IMG/VR virus record: IMGVR_UViG_3300045257_000499
Span: 1-62,479 of that record
DNA: 62,479 nt
From: a virus
Lineage: Duplodnaviria; Caudoviricetes
Reading direction: 5' to 3' (one strand)
Every line of letters starts with the position of its first letter. The stretch's first letter is position 1. Shown here one piece after another: positions 27,721-37,390 of the stretch. The notes beneath the pieces are model-generated. The model was not told the DNA's origin and ran no database searches. It saw nothing but the letters and a program-made list of their open reading frames with translations. Made by a program: the position numbers and the translations under genes.

Positions 27721-27796
27721 GCCGGGGTAGCTCAGTCGGTAGAGCATCACGTCGCCAACGTGAAGGTCGCGGGTTCGATCCCCGCCCCTCGCTCCA
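27721..27796 (+). tRNA. tRNA-Gly(GCC) with non-canonical positions
   Basis: TCACG-TCGCCAA-CGTGA, GGTTCGATCCC, T-CCA. Confidence 0.88.
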
Positions 27797-27822
27797 AAAA
27801 AAGAACCCGCAAAGGGCGCCAT

Positions 27823-28047
27823 ATGGCTGGCAAGCACAGCACTCCCCACCACTCCCACTTCATTCAGCGCGCGGTGCCGAAGTCTCGCCGCGGGATCTTC
27901 TCCGCAAAGGCCAAGCGCGCCGGCATGAGCACGCACGCTTACGCGGAGAAGGAAAAGAACAGTTCGAATCCGAGGCTGCGTCATGAGGCCCAGCTCGCGC
28001 TCGTGCTGGAGCGTCTTGGCCGCAAGGGCCGACGCAAACGCAAATGA
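27823..28047 (+). CDS. Small highly basic protein
   Basis: Lys/Arg/His-rich 74 aa. Confidence 0.65.
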   Translation: MAGKHSTPHHSHFIQRAVPKSRRGIFSAKAKRAGMSTHAYAEKEKNSSNPRLRHEAQLALVLERLGRKGRRKRK

Positions 28048-28054
28048 GGTTCAA

Positions 28055-28297
28055 ATGAGCGAAGGTGCCGAAGACAAGAAGGAAAGCACCGTCGTTCCAA
28101 CGACCTCCGCGCGCCTCACGTTGTGCCGGATGCCGAACGGTTTGCTCATGCCCGTCGTCGACGGCGCTCTCCTCGAGGGCGTGATTGCTGTGCAGGTCGC
28201 GTCGGACCCGCAGAACACGACGATTGTGCTCGCGTTCAATCCGAAGTTCGTTCTGTTCGACAGCGCGCCCGATCTCGATCGCCGCAAGTTGAACTGA
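28055..28297 (+). CDS. Hypothetical protein
   Basis: GAGGT RBS. Confidence 0.6.
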   Translation: MSEGAEDKKESTVVPTTSARLTLCRMPNGLLMPVVDGALLEGVIAVQVASDPQNTTIVLAFNPKFVLFDSAPDLDRRKLN

Positions 28298-28454
28298 GCT
28301 CGCGCGACCCGATTGTCTCCTCGGGGACCGCGCGTTGACGGGAGCCGCGCACCCTCTCGCGGCGCCGCGCACCACGACCGGCATAACTGGCAGAGCCCTA
28401 ACAAGCCCGCGGACCGGCCCCGTCGTCAATTCCGAACACCGGAGCTTTACGGCA

Positions 28455-29093
28455 ATGAGAGTGTACGTCGTCGCGCTGGTGTTGTCGGCGCTTGCTCTGT
28501 GCGTTGCCGCGCCCGCGGGCGCCGGCGACGAACCTGCCAGTCCGCCGTCGTTCTCGACCATCAAGCTGGAAGGCGCGGCGAGAGGCAAGCGTAAGGGTGT
28601 GGTGTCGAGTGGCTCTGCCGTGCATCTCGGCAATGGCGTGGCGCTCACGGCCGCGCATGTTCCGGAGGCGATACGCGGGCCGATCAGCGCCAAGCTCGAC
28701 AATGGCGGCGAGAGCAAAGTCGTAGTGCTCTGGGTGAGCAAGCCCTACGACGTGGCGCTCGTCCGTCTCGAAAAATTCGACCGCCTCCCGGCATCCCAGC
28801 TCTCGTGCAAGGACCCGGAGATCGGCGCCCCGCTCGAATCGGTCGGCAACCCCTACGATCTCGAGTTCATTCACACGTGGGGCCACGTCGCCGGCAACGT
28901 CGACAAGATCGGCTATTGGGAGCGGGTTTATCCAGCGAGCCTGACAGTCGCGCCCGGGATGAGCGGCGGTCCGGTGTTCAACGCGGGCGGCAAGATCGCG
29001 GGGCTCAACGTCGGTACCTATCAGCTGCCGATCTCTCTCATCGTCGCCCCATCCACCATCTGCATGCTGCTTGGACGCGGCGTCGAGGAGTGA
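28455..29093 (+). CDS. Secreted trypsin-like (S1) serine protease
   Basis: Signal peptide; LTAAH, YDVAL, PGMSGGPV triad. Confidence 0.88.
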   Translation: MRVYVVALVLSALALCVAAPAGAGDEPASPPSFSTIKLEGAARGKRKGVVSSGSAVHLGNGVALTAAHVPEAIRGPISAKLDNGGESKVVVLWVSKPYDVALVRLEKFDRLPASQLSCKDPEIGAPLESVGNPYDLEFIHTWGHVAGNVDKIGYWERVYPASLTVAPGMSGGPVFNAGGKIAGLNVGTYQLPISLIVAPSTICMLLGRGVEE

Positions 29094-29097
29094 TGCG

Positions 29098-29412
29098 ATG
29101 CCCTACGACCCCAATCGCGACAAGCTCAAGTTCGCCGACGCCAAGCTGCGTCCGATGATGCCGGCGCGCGACGCTGTCGCGGTGGCGCCCAGCGACACGG
29201 ATGACCTGCCGTTCTACGGCAAACTGTTTTTGTTCAACGCTGGCGCCGCACCGGAGATCATTCGGGTCGTCACCGCCGCCCAACAGGACGACACCGTGCA
29301 CGTCGACCTAAAGGTCCCGGTCGGGCCGTATCTAATCGACTGGTTGATCGTGCGCGCGGTGCGTGTCGCCGGGACCGGCGCCGACATCTCGGCCTGGCTT
29401 CTCACTCCCTGA
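29098..29412 (+). CDS. Head spike base protein (RcGTA Rcc01079-like)
   Basis: PARDAVAVAPSDTDDLP...V...GT pattern. Confidence 0.6.
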   Translation: MPYDPNRDKLKFADAKLRPMMPARDAVAVAPSDTDDLPFYGKLFLFNAGAAPEIIRVVTAAQQDDTVHVDLKVPVGPYLIDWLIVRAVRVAGTGADISAWLLTP

Positions 29413-29534
29413 CCGAATAGCGCGGTACTTCGCCTTTCGTCACCTGAAGACATAGGGTCGGCGAAGCTAAGCGGCGAGCAAATGCGCACGGCCGCGCGGC
29501 CATTCTTTTCCCTACCAGAAAACAAAAAGGATCG

Positions 29535-29948
29535 ATGGCAATGACCATCAAGCTCTCCGTCGCCGTGCGCAACGCCGAGCTCGACGCGATCGAGACCGCG
29601 ATCGGCACGAGCGCCAAGCTCATGATCTACACGGGCTCGGCTCCCGCGAACATCACCGACGCCGCGACCGGAACGAAGCTCGCCGAGTTCGATCTGGCGG
29701 CCGATTGGGCCGCGAATGCGTCAGGCGGCTCGAAGAACTTCAACAATCTGCCGCTCGCGACCACTGGTCTCGCCGCCGGCAACTGCGGCTACTACCGCAT
29801 CTACGCCTCGGACGGCACGACCTGCCACTGGCAGGGCACGGTGACTGCGACGGGCGGTGGCGGCGACATGACGGTCGACAACGTCTCGGTCGCGGTCGGT
29901 CAGAACATCCAGGTCACCTCCTTCTCTCTCACCGCCGGCAATGCCTAA
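29535..29948 (+). CDS. Putative virion structural protein
   Basis: RNA.LDAI, IYTG..P, G..GYYRI; beta-rich. Confidence 0.65.
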   Translation: MAMTIKLSVAVRNAELDAIETAIGTSAKLMIYTGSAPANITDAATGTKLAEFDLAADWAANASGGSKNFNNLPLATTGLAAGNCGYYRIYASDGTTCHWQGTVTATGGGGDMTVDNVSVAVGQNIQVTSFSLTAGNA

Positions 29949-30003
29949 GGCGGCCGCGGCGCGCTGACCATGCGGGTGTCCAGCAGATAAATGAGGTTCA
30001 CCC

Positions 30004-31806
30004 ATGGCGCTCGTCGACAACGCCTGGTACGTCAACTACGGCGACGGCTCGACGACGGGCTATTACGCGCTCACCAAGTGGGCCGCGAGCGCGTCCAAGC
30101 TGTGCGGCAACATCGTCCGCCAGAATGCGGCGCCCACGTTCGGCAACGAGCGCTGCTTCGTGTGCGTCGCGTCGACCGGTGGTACGGGGCAAACCGGTGC
30201 GGCCGAGCCGACGTGGACCGTCACCCGCGGCGCCAAGATCACGGACAACACCGTCACGTGGCAGGAAGCCACGGGTGTAGCCGCTCTCAACGGCGACCTG
30301 ACCAACACGCCGACGTGGAATAGCGTTAAGAACACGTCGGTCACGCTCGGTCAGGTGATACAGAGCAACGACGGTACGAAGATTTTGATCTGCACCACGG
30401 CGGGGACCGCCGGCAACGGTGCCGAGCCGTCGTGGGCCGCTTTCACCAATGCGGGTGCCACCACGGTCGATAGCACCGTCACGTGGACGACGATTGGCTC
30501 GAGCTTTTCCGCGTGGGCCGCGCCGCACGCCCGGCTCGCCAACGCCTTCGCGGCGAATTGGGGGCAGGCGGGAAATACGTTTTTCGTCGGCGACAACCAC
30601 GCCGAGGTCGGTTCGTCGACCTCGAACACGACGCTGACGAGCCCCGGGACGGCCGCGAGTCCCTGCTACGTCTACTCAGTCGATCACACAGCGGCCGTGC
30701 CTCCCTCTGGTGCCGTTGTGAAATCTGGAGCGAACATTCTGTCCGCGACGTCCGGCGGACAGAACATCGTATTTCAGAAATACGCTTATTACAAAAGCAT
30801 CACCGTTACGATGCAATCAACCGGCGCGATCCAGTTTGGCAGTTCGGGCACGGTGTCTCGGTTCGACGATTGTTCTTTTGTTTCCTCGAACTCCGGTACG
30901 ACATTCGTCATCAAAATGGGATTCGCCACGGGTGGCAACTCGCCAAATCGCATCGACTGGAACAACTGCACGGTCACGTTTGCATGGGCCGGCCAATCGA
31001 TGGGCATGCAAGGCGGGGAATTTCGGTGGTGCAAAACGCCGTCGGCGATCAACGGAACACTGCCCACAACGCTGTTTACCGCGTTCTCGTCGGGCGGCAT
31101 GCTGAACGTTTTTGAAGGCGTCGACTTCTCTGCTTTGGGTTCCGGCAAGACGCTGGTGTCTGCCATGGTGGCGCCGGCTCGATACGTCTTCAAAGATTGT
31201 AAGCTGGGCGCTTCGGTCACGGTGGCCGCGACGCCGACCGACATCAACGGCGCGCGCACCGATGTCATTCGTTCAGACAGTGCCGGCACGAACTATCGTT
31301 GCGAGAGTTATCAGTACGGCGGCACGCACACGACCGAAACCTCGATCGTGCGCACCGGCGGGGCGTCCGACGGCACGACGGCGATTAGCTGGAAACTCGC
31401 CACCACGGCGAACGCGCGCTGGATTTTCCCGCTCGAAGCCGCTGGCTCGATTGCCGTTTGGAACAACACGGTAGGCTCGTCCGTAACCGTCACGGTGGAA
31501 GGAACGATTAACGCTGGCGCCGTCCCGAACAACGACGACATCTGGATCGAGGTCGAGTACCTCGGCGACTCTGCCAGCCCGCAAGGTTCTTTGGCCAGCG
31601 GCACCAAGTCGAATGGCCTTGCGTCCGGCTCGGCGCTTACCTCCAGCGCCTCTACCTGGGGCGGCGGCGGGTCTGGGGCGGGATGGTCCCCGTTCAAGAT
31701 GTCGGTGACGGTCACCCCTCAGCAGAAGGGTTACATCTACGTCTATGTGAAGGCGGCAAAACCCTCGACCACGTTCTATGTCGACCCGCTGATTACCCTG
31801 TCGTAA
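30004..31806 (+). CDS. Putative head fibre / virion adhesion protein
   Basis: Duplicated EP.W...G....D.TVTW module; Thr/Ser/Gly-rich. Confidence 0.65.
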   Translation: MALVDNAWYVNYGDGSTTGYYALTKWAASASKLCGNIVRQNAAPTFGNERCFVCVASTGGTGQTGAAEPTWTVTRGAKITDNTVTWQEATGVAALNGDLTNTPTWNSVKNTSVTLGQVIQSNDGTKILICTTAGTAGNGAEPSWAAFTNAGATTVDSTVTWTTIGSSFSAWAAPHARLANAFAANWGQAGNTFFVGDNHAEVGSSTSNTTLTSPGTAASPCYVYSVDHTAAVPPSGAVVKSGANILSATSGGQNIVFQKYAYYKSITVTMQSTGAIQFGSSGTVSRFDDCSFVSSNSGTTFVIKMGFATGGNSPNRIDWNNCTVTFAWAGQSMGMQGGEFRWCKTPSAINGTLPTTLFTAFSSGGMLNVFEGVDFSALGSGKTLVSAMVAPARYVFKDCKLGASVTVAATPTDINGARTDVIRSDSAGTNYRCESYQYGGTHTTETSIVRTGGASDGTTAISWKLATTANARWIFPLEAAGSIAVWNNTVGSSVTVTVEGTINAGAVPNNDDIWIEVEYLGDSASPQGSLASGTKSNGLASGSALTSSASTWGGGGSGAGWSPFKMSVTVTPQQKGYIYVYVKAAKPSTTFYVDPLITLS

Positions 31807-31816
31807 GGAGCGCGAC

Positions 31817-34261
31817 GTGTCCCGGCAGGCAATCGTTGCGGGGTCACTCGCTCCCGTCTTCCTGAACGAGACCGGATCGAATGATGCGTTTTTGCACGGG
31901 GTGTACGTCGACCAGACTTCGGCTGGGACGGGCCGCACGGCTACTGTTTCGTCGACTCTTGGCGATGTTGTTTCGAGTGCCGCGGGCGCCGTTTGGGTAA
32001 AGGCGAGTTCCGGCCCGACTCTTGACAACACCTCCGCATCGGTGGAGGCGGCCGCCGTTGTGGTTACGGCCAGCGCCAGCGCGGCGCTTGACGACGTTGC
32101 CGTGACGGTTGTGGGGCAGGTCGAGGTGTCCGCGAGCGCGGGCTCGGCGCTCGATTCGTTTGCTGCGTCGGAGACCGCTCAGGTCACGGTCGGCACCGGC
32201 AAGGTTGTCATCTTCCTGCGCGCCGGAGTGGACACGTCGCCGTTTGTGGTTCCGGCCGACTGCTACGCGTTCGACAAGATCGAGTGCATTGGCGGCGCTG
32301 CTGGCGGCGGCCATGGCGTCAGCGGCTCGCCGTCTGACAGCGGCGGCGCTGGCGGCGCTGGTGCGTTTGCGGCGATCTACAATCGCCCCGTAACCCCCGG
32401 CTCGAGGCTCTCTTTTCAGGTTGGGCAGAAGGGCGTTGGCGCTGCACCAAATGGCGCGGCGACCGATGCTACGCCGACTTGGTTCATCGATCCAACCGTG
32501 GTCTTTGCGGACTACGGTCGGGCCGGGAACAATGCGATCTCCATCGCTTCCGGCTCTGGTGCCGCAGGTCTGAGTGGCCAAGCCTCGAACAGCATAGGCG
32601 ACGTCGTCTACAGCGGGGGTGTGGGCTCCGGACGTTTTGCTGGCGGCGCGGCCGGGCCTCACGGTGCCGGTCTCAATGCTATTGCCGGGTCCGGCGGTAG
32701 CGGTGGAGCTGGCGACGCTGGATACGGTGGCGTTGGCGGTGCGTTTGGCGGTTCCTCCGGAAATCCCGGCGGGGACGGCGCGGAGTGGGTGCAGACGAGC
32801 GATGGGGCCGTAGCCGGCCCTGGTGGCGGGGCATCTGCCGGCGGCGCAAACGCGACCGGCGCGAATGGTGGCAAGTACGGCGGCGGCGGCTCTGGCTCCA
32901 ACGGCAATCATCAAGCCGGCGATGGTGCGAACGGCCTGATCGTCCTCACTTATACGCCGACGCGGACGCTCGATGCGGTTACCTCCTTGGCGACCGCTCT
33001 GGTTGAGACGGCGATCAACGGGTCTCATGCTCTGGCTGATGCCTCTGCGGGCCCAGTTAACGTCGCGCTGACCATTCTCGCGGACGGAACCATCGATCTT
33101 GCCGACCATGCTTCGAGCGCGGTCGGGCACGTCTCCATCGTTGGAGCGGGTGTTGCCTCCACGGATAACGTAGCGGGCGCGCAAGCCGCGCAGCTAGAAA
33201 TTCTGGGCGTCGCCTCGACGACGCTCGACGCTGTGTCCTCGACTGGCCAGCTCGATGCGATTGTCGGGCTGGCTTCGAGTAATCCGATCGACTCGGTCGT
33301 GAGCAGCGCGTCCGCGCTCGCCGTCGTGGGGGTGAGCGGCGACCGCACGCTGGCGGATGCGTACGGCTCTGGCTCTGCGATCTTTACCGTTGGGGCCTGG
33401 GGCTCCACCACCCTCGGCGACGCGAGCGGCGCGCAGGCGGCGCAGGTTGAGATTGTGGGGGCGGCGAACGCCGCGCTCGAGAACACGACTGCGCCGGCAA
33501 GCCTGTTCATCGCTACCTTGGCGGAAGCTGCATCGCAGCTTGCCGATGTCGCGGAGAGTAACGCGGGCAGCCTGGTCGATACGGCGACCGAAACCTCTGG
33601 CCTCGACAGCATTGCGTCTACCGCGGCCGGCCTGGTCAAGGTCGGCGTGGCGGGCGACGCGTTTCTTGATGGCGTATCTCCCGCTGCCGGCGCCCTCGTC
33701 TCGGTTGCGGCGAACGGGAGCGCTACGCTCGGCGACGCTACCTCCATTGTGACCGCACTGGTCGAAATGGAGGTGGCTGGCTCGGCCGTGCTGGGCGATT
33801 GCTTCGGTGGCGCCGCGGCCGCGCTGGAGATTCTGGCCGGCGCAGCGGTTGAGCTCGGCGATGCTTTGTCGCGAGCGGCGACGGCGGCGCGCGTTGCAGC
33901 GTCCGGGTCGGCCAGCCTCGACGACGTGTCCAGTGTCGAGGCTGCGACGATCCTGGTCACCTTGCGGCAGATCGTTGCCGCGACCGATGACGTTGTATCC
34001 TCCTCGACCGTGGAGATTCCCGCTTCGCTCGGTGGCGAAGCACGTCTCGACGGGGTCTATCCCAGCGTGCGGGCTACGGCCATCGTCGACGGCTATGCCG
34101 TGACAGCGCTCGACGACATTATGGTCGTGACGGTCGTGCGGCACGTGATCCCAGTCAGGGGCGTATTCACGGTCTCGGTGGCCAGCGTCAACGTTGACAT
34201 TTCTTCGCCCCAGATCACGGCGGGACTCACGGTGCCCGGCGTGATGGTCTCCATCTCGTGA
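31817..34261 (+). CDS. Gly-rich, repeat-containing virion protein
   Basis: Gly-rich domain flanked by Ala/Ser-rich repeats with recurring LD/LAD. Confidence 0.65.
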   Translation: MSRQAIVAGSLAPVFLNETGSNDAFLHGVYVDQTSAGTGRTATVSSTLGDVVSSAAGAVWVKASSGPTLDNTSASVEAAAVVVTASASAALDDVAVTVVGQVEVSASAGSALDSFAASETAQVTVGTGKVVIFLRAGVDTSPFVVPADCYAFDKIECIGGAAGGGHGVSGSPSDSGGAGGAGAFAAIYNRPVTPGSRLSFQVGQKGVGAAPNGAATDATPTWFIDPTVVFADYGRAGNNAISIASGSGAAGLSGQASNSIGDVVYSGGVGSGRFAGGAAGPHGAGLNAIAGSGGSGGAGDAGYGGVGGAFGGSSGNPGGDGAEWVQTSDGAVAGPGGGASAGGANATGANGGKYGGGGSGSNGNHQAGDGANGLIVLTYTPTRTLDAVTSLATALVETAINGSHALADASAGPVNVALTILADGTIDLADHASSAVGHVSIVGAGVASTDNVAGAQAAQLEILGVASTTLDAVSSTGQLDAIVGLASSNPIDSVVSSASALAVVGVSGDRTLADAYGSGSAIFTVGAWGSTTLGDASGAQAAQVEIVGAANAALENTTAPASLFIATLAEAASQLADVAESNAGSLVDTATETSGLDSIASTAAGLVKVGVAGDAFLDGVSPAAGALVSVAANGSATLGDATSIVTALVEMEVAGSAVLGDCFGGAAAALEILAGAAVELGDALSRAATAARVAASGSASLDDVSSVEAATILVTLRQIVAATDDVVSSSTVEIPASLGGEARLDGVYPSVRATAIVDGYAVTALDDIMVVTVVRHVIPVRGVFTVSVASVNVDISSPQITAGLTVPGVMVSIS

Positions 34262-34270
34262 GGTTGCCCC

Positions 34271-34585
34271 ATGACGGATTGTTTCGTTCGTGGGGCAACT
34301 GTTCACGTCGGCGGCACGTTCCTCAACAAGGACGGCAACATCGCCAACCCACCGAGCGCCAAACTCTACGTCTCCTACATCGAGAACGGCGCGCGGACCG
34401 AGGCGGCTCCAATAGACCTGACGATCAATAGCGGCGCCTGGTCGGCGTCGTGGGATTCGAGCGTTGCCGATCCCGGCACGGTGTACTGGTGCGTTCGCGC
34501 GGATGGCCTCGACAAGGCGGCCGGGCAAGGCGAGTTCACCCTCACTGCCAATCCAGCAAATCCGGCGCCGCCTCCGGCGCCATGA
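34271..34585 (+). CDS. Beta-rich putative virion protein; paralog of 24293..24634
   Basis: GAGG RBS; shared motifs. Confidence 0.65.
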   Translation: MTDCFVRGATVHVGGTFLNKDGNIANPPSAKLYVSYIENGARTEAAPIDLTINSGAWSASWDSSVADPGTVYWCVRADGLDKAAGQGEFTLTANPANPAPPPAP

Positions 34586-34589
34586 GTTT

Positions 34590-34905
34590 CTCCCCGCGAC
34601 TCTCTCTCCAGAGGCGCGGACACGCCGGACCCCCGGGGCCCGGCGTTTCTTCTCTCTGAGGTGAGAACAGCCTCCTCACGCGCGGTGTGACAGCCGTCAG
34701 TAGCGATGGCGCTCGAATCGGCGCCCGCGAAGTGATGCCGGCGTCGGCGCCCGGCCAGAGAGAACCCCTTTTCACCCGTCTCCATGGCGGACCGTCGCGG
34801 CGAGCGATGCTCGCGCGCGCGGCTGGAGCCTGTCCAGCAAACAGGTAACCGCGGCCGAGCGCCGCCCGCTGCCGGACGGCCTCCGGTCACCGAGGCGACG
34901 CCTCA
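34590..34905 (+). ncRNA. Structured leader upstream of scaffold, with H-type pseudoknot
   Basis: Multiple helices; GCTGGA/TCCAGC with CCTG/CAGG. Confidence 0.45.
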
Positions 34906-34923
34906 AAGTAAGGACTACACCAA

Positions 34924-35748
34924 GTGTTGAAGGCCATTGTCGACTCCATCGACGACCTCCCGGAACCGATCAAGGCGCTCTACAAGCAGATCGAAGACGA
35001 AGGCGACCTCAAGGGCAAGTGGCTGCTCCAGGTCGAAGGCGTGAACGGCTTCTCCCTCGAGGATGTTGCGGGGCTGAAGAACGCTCTCGTCGCGACCAAG
35101 GGCGAGCTCGAGCAGGCGAGGGCCGCCGTCGACGGTTTCAAAGGACTCGACGCCAAGAAGGTCCGGAAAGACCTACAAGAACTCGAGCGTCTCAAGAAGC
35201 TCAATCCGGAGACCGAGGCCGACCGTCTGGCCGAGGCCAAGATTGCCGCTCAGGTCGAGGCGCTTTCGCAGCAGCACGCGACCGAGATCGAAGTGCGCAA
35301 CAAGCGCGAGACGACCCTTATGGGCGAGATCAACCGCGTCCTCGTCGACAACGAGGCGCGCGCAGCCATTCTCGAAGCCAAGGGCGTTCCCGAGCTTCTG
35401 TTGCCGACGATGAGGTCGCGGCTGAAGGTCGTGGAGACCGATGGGAAGTTCGGCGTGCAAGTGCTGAACGACCGCGGCAATCAGGACTACGTCGTGAAGG
35501 GCGGCAACACCGTTCCTTCGACCATTGCCGACCTGGTCGCGAAGTTCAAGGCGGACCCGAAGTTCGGTCGTGCCTTCGATGCTTCCGAGCGGTCGGGTGG
35601 CGGCGCGAACCCTCCTGGCCAGGGTGGCGGCGGCCGTCCGAATCCGTGGGCCAAGGACACCTTCAACCTTACCGAACAGATGAAGCTTCTTCGGAGCGAT
35701 CCCGCGCTTGCGGCTGCGATGAAGCAGCAAGCCGGCATCACCAGCTGA
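34924..35748 (+). CDS. Capsid scaffolding protein
   Basis: Coiled coil, C-terminal NPW.K..FNLTEQ; precedes MCP. Confidence 0.8.
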   Translation: MLKAIVDSIDDLPEPIKALYKQIEDEGDLKGKWLLQVEGVNGFSLEDVAGLKNALVATKGELEQARAAVDGFKGLDAKKVRKDLQELERLKKLNPETEADRLAEAKIAAQVEALSQQHATEIEVRNKRETTLMGEINRVLVDNEARAAILEAKGVPELLLPTMRSRLKVVETDGKFGVQVLNDRGNQDYVVKGGNTVPSTIADLVAKFKADPKFGRAFDASERSGGGANPPGQGGGGRPNPWAKDTFNLTEQMKLLRSDPALAAAMKQQAGITS

Positions 35749-35778
35749 TCGGCTTCACCAAACGCCAACGAGAAGAAG

Positions 35779-35799
35779 AGGCCGCCCACTGGGCGGCCT
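35779..35799 (+). terminator. GC hairpin between scaffold and MCP
   Basis: AGGCCGCCC-ACT-GGGCGGCCT; weak U-tail. Confidence 0.4.
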
Positions 35800-35828
35800 T
35801 CTGATTCCTACCAGAGAGAACAAGAACA

Positions 35829-36797
35829 ATGGCCGACATCGGTCAAACCGTTCTCGCGGACGTGATCGTCCCCGAGGTTTTCGATAAGTACGTCCAGGTC
35901 AAGACGACCGAGCTGTCCCGCTTCCGACAGTCGGGCATCCTCGCCGACCTAACGACGCAGCTCATGCCGCAGATGGGCGGCACGACCGTCAACATGCCGT
36001 TCTTCGACGACCTGACGGGCGACGCCGACATCGTCGACGACCAGACTGATCTGGCCGTGAACTCGATCGGCACCGGTCTCGACGTCTCGGTGAAGCTGTA
36101 CCGCGCCAAGGCGTTCGGCTCGTCCGACCTCGCCGCGGACCTCGCCGGCGCCGACCCGATGGCCGTCATCGGCGATCGCTTCGCCGCGTTCTGGGTGCGT
36201 CACGAGCAGCACACGTTGCTTGCGGCCGTGGCCGGCCAGATCGGCGCGGTGAACGAGAACATCCTCGACATCTCGAGCCTCGGCGGCGCTTCGGCGAACT
36301 TCGACCCTCACTCCTTCATCGACGCGTGCGGCCTGCTGGGAGACCACCAGGACGCGCTGGCTGGCGTGGCCGTCCACTCGGACACGTACAAACAGATGAA
36401 GAAGCAGGATCTCATCGATTTCATCCAGCCGTCGAAGGAAGGCGAGGAGATCCCGGTCTATCAGGGCAAGTTCGTCGTCGTCGACGACACCATGCCCAAG
36501 TCTGGCGGCGTCTATACGACATACGTGTTCGGTCCGGGCGCCGTCGGCTACGCGACGGCTTCGCCGAAGCGTCCCGTCGAGCTGGAGCGCCGTGCGCTCA
36601 TCGGCGGCGGCACCGAGTACCTGGTGCATCGTCGCTGGTTCTGCGTGCATACGCGCGGCGTGAAGTGGCACCCGGCGAATGGCGTCCCCGCGAAACCGAC
36701 TCCGAGCAATACCGAGCTCCAGGACCCGGGCAACTGGTCGAAGGTCTACGACCACAAGCTCATCCGCGTCGTCCAGTTCAAGCACAAGCTCGGCTAA
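35829..36797 (+). CDS. Major capsid protein
   Basis: T.LADVIVPEVF, NMPFF.DL, DLA..LAG.DPM; position. Confidence 0.9.
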   Translation: MADIGQTVLADVIVPEVFDKYVQVKTTELSRFRQSGILADLTTQLMPQMGGTTVNMPFFDDLTGDADIVDDQTDLAVNSIGTGLDVSVKLYRAKAFGSSDLAADLAGADPMAVIGDRFAAFWVRHEQHTLLAAVAGQIGAVNENILDISSLGGASANFDPHSFIDACGLLGDHQDALAGVAVHSDTYKQMKKQDLIDFIQPSKEGEEIPVYQGKFVVVDDTMPKSGGVYTTYVFGPGAVGYATASPKRPVELERRALIGGGTEYLVHRRWFCVHTRGVKWHPANGVPAKPTPSNTELQDPGNWSKVYDHKLIRVVQFKHKLG

Positions 36798-36860
36798 GGC
36801 TTAGGTGAATAGCGGGGGAGGGGGCGCCCCCTCCCTCTGCTGTTCGGAAAGGTGATCACA

Positions 36861-37292
36861 ATGACGACCATTACGCGGAACGGCTTCGACCGCACGCACC
36901 TGCCGGCGACGCTGAAGTCGTTCTACGACGTCCTTCAGGCGCATCCCGAGCTGCTTCAGGAGTCGAACTTCGTCACGCTCACGCACGCCGGCGCCAATGC
37001 GCTGCCGGTCGATGCGTACCAGATCAACGTCGTGTCGTCCGGCGGCGGCGCCGGCGACCCGGCCGCGCTGCCCGATCCCACCACGATCGGCATCATCGGC
37101 CAGCGGCATGTGCTCAAGCTTGTGACGCGCACCGGCGGTGCCGATACCGTCGCGATCGACAAGACGAAGCTGCACATGGGCGCGACCACGATCAACGCTG
37201 TGATCCTCACCAACGCCGGCGACTGGCTGCTCGTGGAGCATCGCGGCACGGTGTGGGAGATCGTCGGCGCGGCTGCGGGCGTGGTTTCCTAA
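36861..37292 (+). CDS. Putative head decoration protein
   Basis: After MCP; AAAGGTGA RBS. Confidence 0.55.
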   Translation: MTTITRNGFDRTHLPATLKSFYDVLQAHPELLQESNFVTLTHAGANALPVDAYQINVVSSGGGAGDPAALPDPTTIGIIGQRHVLKLVTRTGGADTVAIDKTKLHMGATTINAVILTNAGDWLLVEHRGTVWEIVGAAAGVVS

Positions 37293-37390
37293 GCCACGTT
37301 AGCGCTCGCTGACACCTCGTAGAGTCAGCGCTCAGTGACATCGGGACGCCTCAGCGAGGCGTCCCTCTTTTTTCGGAGACGAGAACGACC

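Noticed and set aside
25300-27796. tRNAs as the prophage integration site
   Set aside because: They lie within the late region and no duplicated 3' fragment was seen
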